Virus record (IMG/VR): IMGVR_UViG_3300031565_000038
Coordinates: 1 to 56,586 of that record
Direction: 5' to 3' (one strand)
Origin: a virus
Taxonomy: Duplodnaviria; Caudoviricetes
DNA length: 56,586 nucleotides
The notes under the pieces are model-generated. The model was given only the letters and a program-made list of their open reading frames with translations. It searched no databases and had not been told where the DNA came from. Made by a program: the position numbers and the translations under genes. Within the stretch, counting starts at the first letter, position 1; each line of letters begins with the position of its first letter. Positions 14,988 through 25,173 of this stretch are shown in pieces.

Positions 14988-15215
14988 TTACTTTTTTTCA
15001 TACATATGTCCGTTTTTTGCATACCAGCGCATATCTGATTTATAACTTTCATAGGATTGAGGTGTTTCTGGTTTTCCCCATCCAATATTATTTTTTCTTA
15101 AAACAGAAGCGTCAATGATATTCCTATAAACCATTCTTTCAGGTTTTTTATCCATAATGATAAATACCTCTGTTCCTTTTTTTGGCAATTCTGTTATTTT
15201 TTTATAACCTTTCAT
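14988..15215 (-). CDS. Hypothetical protein
   Basis: ORF coupled to the helicase stop. Confidence 0.6.
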   Translation of the reverse strand: MKGYKKITELPKKGTEVFIIMDKKPERMVYRNIIDASVLRKNNIGWGKPETPQSYESYKSDMRWYAKNGHMYEKK

Positions 15216-16165
15216 ATGCCCATTTTTTCTTTTATATGTTTATCAAGTTCAGTAAAAGGGTCTTCGTTTTCCATGTAAAAACGGTTTTTCATCGGGTCAA
15301 AATGAACCTGAACAGTACCGGGTCTTCCACATATCCTTTGTTTTTTTATTTTTGCAGAAGTAAACAAAGCCATTGTATTATCTGGTTCAGAAATTTTATA
15401 AGGTCTGTGAACAAATAAAATATCGTCAATTTTATTGTTCCACATGGCCCCATGTGCAAGGTCAAACACATTCGGTTCTTTTATAACGCCATCATCTGTA
15501 ATCGGGTTTCTTGGTGATTTGCAATGCCCTACGATTATTTTGTAAACATCATTTCTTTGTGCGAACATTTTTTCTTTGCCTAAAAATGAAGAAAGATATT
15601 TATCGTCACGCCCCGACTTTTCCCAGTCGTTTTCCAACTGATTGAATGGGTCGATCACACAACCATCAACACCGTGCTTTACTATTGCATCTAAAAACCT
15701 ATCGTTTATATATTCAGGTGTCGGGGACTCTGTTTCTGGGTACAATAAAAAGAAGTGTTCTTTGACAAACTCCATTCCTGCCTCGTACTCGATCATTGAC
15801 ATTTGGTTATGGTGTTGCTTCATTGTGGATTTTCCGATCAGTGTATGTATAATGTCGTTATAGAAGTGATCGACTGGCATATTTTCTGGGGAAAATATTG
15901 CGAATTTCTCATTATCATTCAAAGCCCTTAATAACAACAATTGGTTTAACATTGCCGATTTTCCGTGATTTCCATACCCTGCAAACATTATCAGGTTTTT
16001 TTTAAGCCATCTAAAATGAGGGTTTATTCCATTAAAATAAGTTGTCTTACCAAGCTCATATCCATTTACAAAACCCTTGACCATGGAATCCCTGTGGTCG
16101 TCAAGATATTGAACGTCTTTTACCTTTTTGCTTTCGCTTTTTATTTCATCCAACGAAATATTCAT
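15212..16165 (-). CDS. SF4 (DnaB/Twinkle-like) replicative helicase
   Basis: Walker A GYGNHGKS; FSPEN; Walker B VIDPFNQL. Confidence 0.85.
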   Translation of the reverse strand: MNISLDEIKSESKKVKDVQYLDDHRDSMVKGFVNGYELGKTTYFNGINPHFRWLKKNLIMFAGYGNHGKSAMLNQLLLLRALNDNEKFAIFSPENMPVDHFYNDIIHTLIGKSTMKQHHNQMSMIEYEAGMEFVKEHFFLLYPETESPTPEYINDRFLDAIVKHGVDGCVIDPFNQLENDWEKSGRDDKYLSSFLGKEKMFAQRNDVYKIIVGHCKSPRNPITDDGVIKEPNVFDLAHGAMWNNKIDDILFVHRPYKISEPDNTMALFTSAKIKKQRICGRPGTVQVHFDPMKNRFYMENEDPFTELDKHIKEKMGI

Positions 16166-16479
16166 TATCTTACTTTGAATTTAATAAGTTGTTTTATAAG
16201 TAAAGATTGAAGCCACCCAATACTTTCAATTGCTGTGGATTTAATTTTGTTTTTTTCATCAATACATTTATTCAACTCTGTCAACAACCTTATGTTTTCC
16301 ATTTCAATTTCTGACGCATAACTAATAAGCCCGTTATTGTGGTTTATAATGAAATTTAAAAACCTATCTGTCATTTGTATTCCCCTTGCTTCATTTTTTA
16401 AACGATTTTTAAATTCTTTTTGCTGTTCAAGAATATCGTATTTATTTGTCAGTTTGATATTTTCTAAAATGCTATTCAT
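16165..16479 (-). CDS. Hypothetical protein
   Basis: Translationally coupled ORF. Confidence 0.65.
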   Translation of the reverse strand: MNSILENIKLTNKYDILEQQKEFKNRLKNEARGIQMTDRFLNFIINHNNGLISYASEIEMENIRLLTELNKCIDEKNKIKSTAIESIGWLQSLLIKQLIKFKVR

Positions 16480-17176
16480 TGCTTATTATTATTTCAGGAA
16501 ATTTAGCTTTTGGTATTGGTGGTTTTATTTTATATTCAGCTTCAAACCAATTATTAGATAATGTCCTACGCCATAATTTAACATCTTTCCCTTTTGAATT
16601 TATCCAATTGTCAAATTTACCGCCATTGGTATAATGGTTAATTATTTTTTGTACTGGAAGATCATAACCATTTTCTTTTCCGTATTGTTCAACTTCATCA
16701 AAAGAAGGGTTGACGTTTTTTGTATTACTATTACCATTACTATTAAACTTTATATTTATATTACTATTTTCAAAGGATTCTAAAGCCTTTAAAAGGCTTT
16801 CAAAGTCTTCTATATTACCCTCATAATTAGATAATTCTGTAATATTTAACGGTAAATCATTAAAAACAGCAATAGCCCCTATTTTCATATTACTGTTCAT
16901 ACTTTGATTTTTTAAAAAGTTTGCTAAAATGATGAAGTTGTCAATATGAAAAACCTTATTAAAACTTTCAAAGTGTTTTAAAGCTTTTAAAACGGTTTTT
17001 TCATCTAGCCCTGTATCAAATATCATCCGCTCTAATGTTATTTCATAAATTCCTAAAACATTAGTTAGTGAATTTGTCAATAAATATAAAAATAATAGTT
17101 TTTCGGCTGGTGATAATTTTCTAATAAAAACATCATCCCAAAAATGCGTATTTACAGACCTTAATTTTTTAGCCAT
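16472..17176 (-). CDS. Replication initiator-like protein
   Basis: N-terminal FWDD..KLLFLYLLTN..GIYEI winged-helix pattern; upstream of the helicase. Confidence 0.75.
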   Translation of the reverse strand: MAKKLRSVNTHFWDDVFIRKLSPAEKLLFLYLLTNSLTNVLGIYEITLERMIFDTGLDEKTVLKALKHFESFNKVFHIDNFIILANFLKNQSMNSNMKIGAIAVFNDLPLNITELSNYEGNIEDFESLLKALESFENSNINIKFNSNGNSNTKNVNPSFDEVEQYGKENGYDLPVQKIINHYTNGGKFDNWINSKGKDVKLWRRTLSNNWFEAEYKIKPPIPKAKFPEIIISNE

Positions 17177-17196
17177 TATTTTATAAATAAAATAAC

Positions 17197-17318
17197 AGAA
17201 CCGCCAGCGAGTGCCGTAGTAACTTAATCCGTAAGGAAAAGCCCACTCGCTTTTGGTTCTTTTATATTAAATAAACTGATTTCATTTTTACGAATTAAAT
17301 TACTACATTACAAATATA
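17197..17318 (-). promoter_or_regulatory. Promoter and structured 5' leader of the replication operon
   Basis: TATATTTG at 17311..17318; two interlocking inverted repeats. Confidence 0.6.
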
Positions 17319-17382
17319 CAAAAAATAACTTATATGCTGATTAATTTTTTAGTATTTTATTGATTAGTAAACTTTAATCCAC

Positions 17383-17772
17383 CTAATTATAACCGTTTTC
17401 GGTCTCATATCGTTCAATAACCTTTTTAGCGTTAAAATAAGCCTTTTCGCTTACAGGTTTTTTTTGTATTTCAATTCGTTCCAAAAACTTAATGTCAAAC
17501 TCTCGTACAACAATCACATTATTCCCTTCAATATCCTTCACATTATTATCAAGTTTTATTGCAAAGGTTGGATAACAGTCATTTTTAATTAAATGTTTGT
17601 TTACATAGGTATATTTACCGCTGCAAGTATGATAATATTGTTCATAATTTTTATTCTCAACTATTACACCTGTAACTTTCTTAAGTTTTTTCCATTTAAC
17701 TTCTGGATTAATTTCAACAGTTATTTCTCTTATCTGTACTTTTGCTCCAATATTTTTATTTATTCTTTTCAT
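17383..17772 (-). CDS. Hypothetical protein
   Basis: ORF. Confidence 0.65.
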   Translation of the reverse strand: MKRINKNIGAKVQIREITVEINPEVKWKKLKKVTGVIVENKNYEQYYHTCSGKYTYVNKHLIKNDCYPTFAIKLDNNVKDIEGNNVIVVREFDIKFLERIEIQKKPVSEKAYFNAKKVIERYETENGYN

Positions 17773-17807
17773 GTCATTAAAAATTTAACTATCGCTTTTG
17801 CTTTAAA

Positions 17808-18002
17808 TTATTTAAAGTCTTCAAAGTTTTTCAACATATAGGAAAAAACCTTGAGAACCCCAGAATGATGGGTCTTAAGTTCCCTTGCAATTTGATTGCA
17901 GTTTATATCCATGATAATTCGTTTTTCCATTATTTTTTTGGCTACCTTCTTGAACATTTCCGAGTTCGGGTCATTGAAGGTGTTGGCTGGTAATATTTTC
18001 AT
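17808..18002 (-). CDS. Small HTH-like protein
   Basis: NQIARELKTHHSGV. Confidence 0.5.
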   Translation of the reverse strand: MKILPANTFNDPNSEMFKKVAKKIMEKRIIMDINCNQIARELKTHHSGVLKVFSYMLKNFEDFK

Positions 18003-18003
18003 G

Positions 18004-18579
18004 TCATTTTACCTTAAAATTTTTTTCCTTTGCCAGTTCCTTGCATTTTTCCTTATAAGTTTCAATGATTTCTATAAGCGAAACCCTGTCCCATTTGAAA
18101 GATATCCTTTTGTAATGATCGGCAATAAAACGAAGCCTGTCCATTCTTTCCTGACCTATTTTTTCAACAAGTTTTTTTCCGTATTCTATGGCGTTTGAGT
18201 GTTTGTAATAATTATCGCCCTTGGACTGCAAGTTAACGTTGTCCTCATTGAATTTCAACTCGCTTACAGTAGATGGGTAATAATGCCCGGCATGGCAGTT
18301 TGGGTGTCCATATTTTAATGGTTTTCCAGAACTTATACAAAACCCATTGCCATTTTCGTCAGTATCACGAAGCCTGATGAATTTATTGAACCATTTTTGT
18401 GCTGTTCCCTTAAGTTGGTCAATGTTTTTATCACTGTATTTTTGTATTTTTTTTGAGTCCATGATTCTAATTTTTTGGTTGTTTATGTTGCGTATATTTG
18501 AAAGTTGTATGCAATTAAAAAGCGATACCACCGCAATCTTCACAACAACTATGTCCGTCATTAGGCTTTTGTTTTTCAC
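18004..18579 (-). CDS. ninG: NinG/Rap-family recombination endonuclease (likely start 18462)
   Basis: FNKFIRLRD, CISSG, HAGHY and FNEDNVNLQ motifs. Confidence 0.85.
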   Translation of the reverse strand: MKNKSLMTDIVVVKIAVVSLFNCIQLSNIRNINNQKIRIMDSKKIQKYSDKNIDQLKGTAQKWFNKFIRLRDTDENGNGFCISSGKPLKYGHPNCHAGHYYPSTVSELKFNEDNVNLQSKGDNYYKHSNAIEYGKKLVEKIGQERMDRLRFIADHYKRISFKWDRVSLIEIIETYKEKCKELAKEKNFKVK

Positions 18580-18784
18580 ACATAAGGCATTTAGAATCGC
18601 TTTTTAACGGCTCTCTTCGCCATACAACATTAAATATAAATAGTAAAAATTTACTACGTTTTGCGCTTCTTTCAATATCTCTGCATAGTCTCAACCAAGC
18701 TATGTTCAGTTCCATACATGCGCCTTGTAGTGTTTCTAATCTCATTAGTAGCCTTTGCTGTAAATTGTAATATGGTCTTTTCAT
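18515..18784 (-). CDS. Cassette hypothetical protein
   Basis: ORF; start in loop. Confidence 0.65.
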   Translation of the reverse strand: MKRPYYNLQQRLLMRLETLQGACMELNIAWLRLCRDIERSAKRSKFLLFIFNVVWRREPLKSDSKCLMCEKQKPNDGHSCCEDCGGIAF

Positions 18785-18836
18785 GTCCGTAAATTTTTAC
18801 TATTCATATTATTCCCGTTACAGGCAATAAAAATTA

Positions 18837-19034
18837 CTACTCTTTCTGTTTTAATTCAAGCAGTTCTTTTTCAAGTGTTTCTATTATTTGTTTAACCTCG
18901 TAACTTATCTGCTCCATCATACTACCTTCACCTTCATAATAGGTGAAGTTATGTTTAGTTTTTGGGTGATATAGTTTGCGTATAGCATTTAATGCTGTTG
19001 CTTTTTTATATTGTTTTAATTCCTCTGTTGTCAT
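18837..19034 (-). CDS. Cassette hypothetical protein
   Basis: ORF. Confidence 0.65.
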   Translation of the reverse strand: MTTEELKQYKKATALNAIRKLYHPKTKHNFTYYEGEGSMMEQISYEVKQIIETLEKELLELKQKE

Positions 19035-19156
19035 AACCGTAATTTTAAAAGCCTATAACAATTTGTAAAAATAATAGCCAATATAGGCGTTTGTACTATT
19101 ATTCAAGGTTTGTGGTTTGGCTACTATTCTTACAAGTTAACATTAGCCTTCATTGA

Positions 19157-19441
19157 TTAACACACCGTCTGCACCTCGCCTTTTCTCCATGACACAGCTC
19201 TTTTAAATGCAGAGTCTCGTAGCGATTTTAAAGAAAGTTTATCTATTAATTCTTTAGCTTGCAATTCACTTATAGTTACTTTTATTTTTATAATTGGAGA
19301 ATCTTTACGCAAATAGCGTATTAATCTATATTTATCTCCGTATTGGGAAATCAACCATAAGTGATTCCATTCTGATATAAGATTGTCAATATTAACAAGA
19401 CAATTACCAGTTTCTTTAAAATCTTCAATAATTTTTTTCAT
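19157..19441 (-). CDS. Cassette hypothetical protein
   Basis: ORF. Confidence 0.65.
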   Translation of the reverse strand: MKKIIEDFKETGNCLVNIDNLISEWNHLWLISQYGDKYRLIRYLRKDSPIIKIKVTISELQAKELIDKLSLKSLRDSAFKRAVSWRKGEVQTVC

Positions 19442-19480
19442 ATGTTTTTAAATTTTTTCGTTATTCAAAATCTTCCATGC

Positions 19481-19822
19481 TCATCCGTCTTTTTCCGTTC
19501 TTATCTCTCTCGAATACTCCAAAATCGGCTCGTTAAACACATATCCAATCAATCTTGCTCGATAACCTTTATCCAATAAATCACGTATTGGTATTGCGGT
19601 CCCATAGCTAATATATATTTTATTTACAGCTTTTTTGTTTACAGTTACTATTCCAAACTTGGCAATTATTCCGAAATAAATAATTCGCCAAAATCCATAT
19701 ATCACTAACCATTTTAATTTGAATTTCTCACCGTGCAGAGAGAAAAAACGAGGCATGGCAATAGATAAAATCCATTGCTTAAACTGTGATAATTTTGAAA
19801 TTATATGTTTTCTTATTTTCAT
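19481..19822 (-). CDS. Cassette hypothetical protein
   Basis: ORF; start in a degenerate loop. Confidence 0.6.
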   Translation of the reverse strand: MKIRKHIISKLSQFKQWILSIAMPRFFSLHGEKFKLKWLVIYGFWRIIYFGIIAKFGIVTVNKKAVNKIYISYGTAIPIRDLLDKGYRARLIGYVFNEPILEYSREIRTEKDG

Positions 19823-19878
19823 TTTACTAAGTTTTTGAAATTATAACTATTAAATAGCAACGTATCTTATCAGGGCTG

Positions 19879-20328
19879 TTATATAAAATTAGCAATCGTT
19901 TTTTCAAAATCCTCCATGCTTATCCAGTGCAGAATATGTTTGAGCATGGCATCAATGCACATACTGTATATCCTTGAAAATTCCACATCGTCCATCGACT
20001 TGAAGGATATAGAACGAGCTTGTAAATGTTCTTTTCCTGTCATATCGTAAATAACATCAGCTTCTCCTATCATTATCATTAGTTTTTTTCTAAGGTAATT
20101 GACATTCCTCAACCTGTCATATTCCTCTTCTTCAGGGAAAAGATATATGCATGCGTTCAGGAATGCAAAAAACTTTCTGTGAAAATCAACATTCCTTTCT
20201 TTCCATATATCAATATTGAGACAATCCCCATCATTTAATTTCAGGCTTTTTTTAAAACCGTCAAATTCAACGAAATCAACAGAATCACGGAAAGCGTCAA
20301 TATTTTTTATGGTGCATTTTAGTTCCAT
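19879..20328 (-). CDS. DUF1367-like protein
   Basis: RNVDFHRKFFAFL and SISFKSMD motifs. Confidence 0.75.
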   Translation of the reverse strand: MELKCTIKNIDAFRDSVDFVEFDGFKKSLKLNDGDCLNIDIWKERNVDFHRKFFAFLNACIYLFPEEEEYDRLRNVNYLRKKLMIMIGEADVIYDMTGKEHLQARSISFKSMDDVEFSRIYSMCIDAMLKHILHWISMEDFEKTIANFI

Positions 20329-20420
20329 TTTTCAAAATGATAAACACAACAAAAACGCAATAATAAACCCTATGAGCATATAGCGAATAATATGCAATAT
20401 AAAAAGATATTCAACTTTTC

Positions 20421-20792
20421 TCATTTTGCTTTGATTTCATTTAAAACCCACTTGCATCCCAATGTTTCAGCCATAAGATTGATTTCATACAGCGTCAAAT
20501 CCCCGTCATCAAAGATATGAACTGTTTGTTTTTTTCTGATCTTCTGCATTTTAAATTCACATCCCAAAATCTCAGCTATCAGTTTCATCTCGGAATACCT
20601 AAAATCCCTTTTGTTTTTCTCGAAAAGACAAATATCCTTGTCCCTTATGTTTTCAGGGAGTTTTTCCGCAAGTTCTTTTTGGGTCATGCCTTTTTTTAGC
20701 CGCTGCTCTTTTACGAGTTCGTATATGGTTTTCATATGGTATTTTTCCGCCACGGATTTTACTGTTTTTTTAAACTTTTTTAGTGATGTCAT
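20421..20792 (-). CDS. XRE-family HTH regulator
   Basis: RLKKGMTQKELAEKL..IAEILG. Confidence 0.8.
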   Translation of the reverse strand: MTSLKKFKKTVKSVAEKYHMKTIYELVKEQRLKKGMTQKELAEKLPENIRDKDICLFEKNKRDFRYSEMKLIAEILGCEFKMQKIRKKQTVHIFDDGDLTLYEINLMAETLGCKWVLNEIKAK

Positions 20793-20821
20793 ATATTTGT
20801 TTTAAGTTAATTATATTTTGG

Positions 20822-21037
20822 TTATATTCCGCAAATTCGTTTTTTAGATCGTACTTCATCTTTTGTATAATTATTTATAATTTCAAGTTTCCAACCTTTC
20901 TTTACAACACCATCGCCTTCCAATTCAATTTTAATTTCACGTTCCAAAATTGATCGAATTATTTCGCCAACATCATCACCATGCCCATCATAACCGCCTT
21001 CATCATCAAATTTAAATTTCAATATTACTTCTTTCAT
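20822..21037 (-). CDS. Hypothetical protein
   Basis: ORF. Confidence 0.55.
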   Translation of the reverse strand: MKEVILKFKFDDEGGYDGHGDDVGEIIRSILEREIKIELEGDGVVKKGWKLEIINNYTKDEVRSKKRICGI

Positions 21038-21076
21038 CTCTTTTATTTAAAAAAACATAATTGCAAAGTCAACATT

Positions 21077-21748
21077 CTAAAAAGGTAAATCCGAAAAATC
21101 ACCGATATTTGGTTGTTTTTCTGGTGGAACATCATCTACAGAATGCTCAGTGGCTTCTTTCTCAACGGCAAAGTCACAAATATTGCCCATTTGTCCTTCA
21201 ATATATGATTTAAGAAACTTTTTAAGCTTAATAAAATACATTTTCCAGTCATCGGAATCAAAACCATCACCATTGTTTTCTGGTTGAACAATGCCATTTA
21301 TTGCGCATTTGTTTTCTTTGTCCCAAAAATAGTTTTCCAGCTTTTTACCGTTTTGGACAATCGAAATCCCAGTAAGCTGTTTTCCATCATTGTTAAAGTC
21401 GTAAGGGTTTATCGTTATTTTTTCTTCAAGGTTTATATTGGAGAACTTTCTTGCGAAGTCTATAAAATACCTTCCATTTGTAGGCATCGTCAAACATGCC
21501 GTATCCTTTCCGTCTGTCATTTTCAAAATACATTGCTCCCCAAATTCAGATTCGTTAAATTCTATCCCCGAAATGAACGCTGTTAGGTTTTTATGGTGCA
21601 GTTCCCATTTTTCACCGTTGCTACCATCTTTTTTTTCATAATGCCTTAAAATTGCATTAGGTGTATCCGCCGTGACTTTTTGTGTCAACTTGCCAGATAT
21701 AATGTATAAATACATTGTGTTGTTTTCGATTTTTTCCGTAAGTCCCAT
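21077..21748 (-). CDS. Putative single-stranded DNA-binding protein
   Basis: Acidic C-terminal DLPF tail; next to the exonuclease. Confidence 0.55.
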   Translation of the reverse strand: MGLTEKIENNTMYLYIISGKLTQKVTADTPNAILRHYEKKDGSNGEKWELHHKNLTAFISGIEFNESEFGEQCILKMTDGKDTACLTMPTNGRYFIDFARKFSNINLEEKITINPYDFNNDGKQLTGISIVQNGKKLENYFWDKENKCAINGIVQPENNGDGFDSDDWKMYFIKLKKFLKSYIEGQMGNICDFAVEKEATEHSVDDVPPEKQPNIGDFSDLPF

Positions 21749-21760
21749 TTTTATTGTTTT

Positions 21761-22390
21761 TTAATTTGTTAAAAAATCGTAATCGTTATAGTTCTTGATT
21801 TCCTGTTTGATCAAGGTAATCGTTTTTCTTAATCGTTCTTCAATTTCTTTGTGCATTTTAAAATCAGGATATACCCTAATGATAAAAGGCTTTAAACTTG
21901 GATGGTAACTCATAAAATCGCAATATTCAGCATTGGTTACAAACAATTGCCCCTGCACTTGCCATTTATATTCATTTGGTAATTTTTCCGCTTTAATATA
22001 ATTCCAATGGGTTCGTTTTTTAGGGCATTTTATTTCAAGCAATTTTGTAAAACCATCCATACCGCCATCTGGAGAAACCCCAACCCATTCGTGAAATTCG
22101 TTACTTTCATCAGGAATACAAAGCCCCGTTTCTTCAACATCAACCTCAAAAATGTCTTCATACGCTGCCCGTGCTTCTGGTTCTAATTCAATACCACGCT
22201 CCATATCTGCATTTGTATAAGTTTCTTCCATTTCACCACTTTTGATCTCAGCGGCAATATCAGAAATCAACCCCTTATAACCAATTGTAGACTCACCTGA
22301 CATTAAATCCTTGAATCTTGATGCCCCAATACGTCCAAGTTTAGCTTGAAACCACGCTTCACTTCTTTGCTCTGTTTCAATTCGAATCAT
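21761..22390 (-). CDS. YqaJ/lambda-exonuclease family protein
   Basis: EQRSEAW, RGIELEPEAR, SPDG, EIKCP and YKWQVQGQL motifs. Confidence 0.9.
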   Translation of the reverse strand: MIRIETEQRSEAWFQAKLGRIGASRFKDLMSGESTIGYKGLISDIAAEIKSGEMEETYTNADMERGIELEPEARAAYEDIFEVDVEETGLCIPDESNEFHEWVGVSPDGGMDGFTKLLEIKCPKKRTHWNYIKAEKLPNEYKWQVQGQLFVTNAEYCDFMSYHPSLKPFIIRVYPDFKMHKEIEERLRKTITLIKQEIKNYNDYDFLTN

Positions 22391-22773
22391 TGTGAAATTT
22401 CTTTATCTTGTAAAACCATCCAGTCCATCATTTTTTTTGCCGTGGCAAACATTTGATCTGGTTTAATTTTGCCCTCGCATACCAAATCTTTAGCATATGA
22501 CATTGCAAAACCAGAATATTTAGACTGCTCTTTTTTTACCGCTCTGTTATAAGGTGAAAATTGTGCTTTTTGAATCGGTTTAATATTCAAATAATTGCCT
22601 TTTTTTTCTTCTGTAAATTCAGCTTCTTTACCAGCAATGAACTTAGTTTGGTCTTTTGCTGTTGAAAAGTATGTGGCTTTTTTGTCATCATATTCAATTT
22701 TATGAATATATGCTATACCAAATTTAGTTTCAATTTCTTTGTCAAACCTAGCTGATTTAATTATTGCTTTCAT
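22387..22773 (-). CDS. Recombination-module protein (OB-fold-like)
   Basis: Coupled to the exonuclease; position typical of annealing/SSB genes. Confidence 0.5.
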   Translation of the reverse strand: MKAIIKSARFDKEIETKFGIAYIHKIEYDDKKATYFSTAKDQTKFIAGKEAEFTEEKKGNYLNIKPIQKAQFSPYNRAVKKEQSKYSGFAMSYAKDLVCEGKIKPDQMFATAKKMMDWMVLQDKEISQ

Positions 22774-22986
22774 TTTTATTGTTTTTTATTGTGCTAAATT
22801 AATTAATTACATTTACATTATCAAGTAAATTCATAATTTATAGGCATTCTAAATAAAAAGTGAAATATTCTGCGTTTTTCACCACAAACTTAATATTAAC
22901 TTTTTGGTTCATAAACATTCGTATACACATACATTAGCATTAATACTACATTCGTGCTAATTCAGCTTGTATTTCTTTTTGCTTTT

Positions 22987-23274
22987 CTAATAATTTTCTT
23001 CTAAGTCGTAAAACCCAGAACCAAACTGCACACTTTTGTAATATTCATCACAAACATATCTCGATAAAATTACTGTAAATTGGTAGTTTACATCATTTTG
23101 AAAACCAACATTTATCCAGCTTAATTTATTGTCTTGAAAACTTATATTTAAACTTAAATGAGTTTTACTTCGGTTTCCCAAATATTTATGAGTAGTTTCT
23201 CTCAATTCAACTTTTTCTAATAAAGGAGCAGATTTAAGAACCGCTTGTTCTAATTTTTTAATAATATTTTTCAT
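22987..23274 (-). CDS. Hypothetical protein
   Basis: ORF. Confidence 0.6.
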   Translation of the reverse strand: MKNIIKKLEQAVLKSAPLLEKVELRETTHKYLGNRSKTHLSLNISFQDNKLSWINVGFQNDVNYQFTVILSRYVCDEYYKSVQFGSGFYDLEENY

Positions 23275-23312
23275 CTTGTTTTAAATTTTGTCGTTAATAA
23301 TCCGTACTAACC

Positions 23313-23613
23313 GTTGTGTGCAATAAAAATTACTCGCTAATCTCTTTTAATTTAGCTTCATTTTCTTTAATCAACTTCTCAATCAATCCCTTCATTACTG
23401 GAGGTAATTGCACTTGTGGTGCGTTTAGCAATGTTGCTATTTCAATATTCATTTCTAATAATTCTTGTAATTCCATGTCCGTAATTTTAAAAGCACACAA
23501 CAATGTATATATGGCATTGTATTAGTGCTTTGGTTAAACTTTTATTTTAATTTGTTAATGTATCTCATTTTTCAACTTTGGTTCTCAACGCCACATATAC
23601 TGCAACGTTGTTC
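23313..23613 (+). mobile_element. Single cassette (48-aa ORF 23330..23476 on minus strand; attC-like site 23495..23613)
   Basis: gttgtgtgcaataaaaattac vs gtaattttaaaagcacacaac; gtatatatggcattg / caacgccacatatac arms. Confidence 0.75.
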
Positions 23614-23640
23614 GTAATACTAACACCATATAATTAATCA

Positions 23641-24081
23641 TCAATTAATTTCAAATTCGTTTCCACAGTTTGCGCAAACAAACATTTCTTTTCCATCCGA
23701 TTCTGGAGGGTCTAAGTACGTTGCTGATATCTCCTTGTTTTCTGGTGATGGTTCGCATTCTCCACCGCATTCAGGACAGTCGTATTTTCCCCATAAAACG
23801 AGTTTATAGAATAATTCTGATATATTAAATTCTTTCTTTCCCACAACAATAATCCCACATTTCCCTGTACATAGAATACATGCACCTTCCATTGTTCTTA
23901 ATTCTCCATCCTTCACCATATTGTCAACCAGAAGCCTTCCACTCTCGCAGATATCGTCAACCAGATAACCATGTTTATTTGAAATTTCCAAAATTTCCTC
24001 AATAAGCAAATCTGGCGACCTTCCAAGTGCAATGGAAAGTTCTATCAATGCCGTGTTTTTTTTGATCGTTATATTTTTCAT
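23641..24081 (-). CDS. Zinc-finger hypothetical protein
   Basis: CPECGGEC..CANCG. Confidence 0.65.
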   Translation of the reverse strand: MKNITIKKNTALIELSIALGRSPDLLIEEILEISNKHGYLVDDICESGRLLVDNMVKDGELRTMEGACILCTGKCGIIVVGKKEFNISELFYKLVLWGKYDCPECGGECEPSPENKEISATYLDPPESDGKEMFVCANCGNEFEIN

Positions 24082-24422
24082 TCCAAATCTTTTTTAAGTT
24101 CTTCAACAAAATCAATTCCAAGTCCTGTTTTTTCGGCAATAGAAATCACCGCATCAATTCTGCTCGTTTCAATAGACTCCATAAAGCTTTCTGTTTTGTG
24201 AAATTCATTGCGAAGAAGTCTTTTTAAAAGTTCTTTTTCGTTCGACAAAAGGATTTTATCCAAAAATAAAGGAATATATTTTGATTCCAACTCAGTCAAG
24301 TCTTTATCCCTATTGTATTGGATATCCTGATATAATTCTAGTGCCTCTGGGTTCTTTTCAATATCTCCTATAAACGTGAAAAATTCAAATATCTTTTTTC
24401 TGATTGTTTCGGTTGTTTTCAT
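24078..24422 (-). CDS. Hypothetical protein
   Basis: ORF. Confidence 0.65.
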   Translation of the reverse strand: MKTTETIRKKIFEFFTFIGDIEKNPEALELYQDIQYNRDKDLTELESKYIPLFLDKILLSNEKELLKRLLRNEFHKTESFMESIETSRIDAVISIAEKTGLGIDFVEELKKDLE

Positions 24423-24428
24423 TTTTGT

Positions 24429-24659
24429 TTATTTTTTCTTGTTGTGATAATCTTTCCTGACTTTTTCAATTGTATCTACAAAAGCGTTCATTCTTATGAA
24501 TTTAACGGTTTTATGGAAAACCTCGGATTCTATCCTTGTTCCGATCGCATTCGATAACCTTGTAGCTGTTTCTTTGTAAGATTCTCCTTTTATCGGCTCG
24601 ATCATCTGCGCATATATTGCGCATAGTTCGCCGATACGTTCTTTTTCTGGTTTTGCCAT
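24429..24659 (-). CDS. Hypothetical protein
   Basis: ORF. Confidence 0.6.
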   Translation of the reverse strand: MAKPEKERIGELCAIYAQMIEPIKGESYKETATRLSNAIGTRIESEVFHKTVKFIRMNAFVDTIEKVRKDYHNKKK

Positions 24660-24666
24660 TTTACTG

Positions 24667-24864
24667 TTATTTTAAAATAACAGTAAATGGAGCAAATAAA
24701 AACTTGTTTTCCTGAGAATCTACATCATAGTAGGTAGTATGTTTATTGGTTGCTCTAAGAATTGGATACAATTCGCTAAATTCAACCCCATTGATGTTTT
24801 TTATGTTTTTTCTGTTTTTTTTCACTAAAACTTTAAGTTCTTTTTGTGTTTTTAATGTTTTCAT
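24667..24864 (-). CDS. Hypothetical protein
   Basis: ORF. Confidence 0.6.
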   Translation of the reverse strand: MKTLKTQKELKVLVKKNRKNIKNINGVEFSELYPILRATNKHTTYYDVDSQENKFLFAPFTVILK

Positions 24865-24924
24865 TTTGTTCTGCCCATGCCCTTGGGTCTTGCTTGGGCT
24901 TCTGGCTCGCCCGATTATATTATT

Positions 24925-25146
24925 TTAAGTTAAAAAATTAAGTCCTTTTTTTCTCAACATCCAAACTGGTGCTTCGATTTCAAATTGATCTATAACGTTC
25001 ACGCAGCTCAATGGAAACCAAACAGAGCCTTTAACTATCTGACCTTTAATTTGAACGGCTTTTTCTGTCATTTGAACGGCGTTGTCCAATTGAATGGTTA
25101 CTGTTTCCCAGTTTTTGAAGTTTGCGTGTGTTGCTTGTGATTTCAT
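24925..25146 (-). CDS. Hypothetical protein, probably early-expressed
   Basis: ORF with TEKAV..VWFPLS pattern, directly behind a promoter. Confidence 0.65.
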   Translation of the reverse strand: MKSQATHANFKNWETVTIQLDNAVQMTEKAVQIKGQIVKGSVWFPLSCVNVIDQFEIEAPVWMLRKKGLNFLT

Positions 25147-25173
25147 CTTTTTTGGTTTTTGGTTTGTTTGTCT

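Larger units (their letters stand above)
18504..19884 (+). mobile_element. Minor cassette array (about 4 units; attC-like sites 18622..18823, 19053..19148 and a degenerate one at 19745..19884)
   Basis: aatataaatagtaaaaatttac / gtaaatttttactattcatatt arms; gttacaggcaataaaaattac vs gtaattttaaaagcctataac. Confidence 0.75.
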
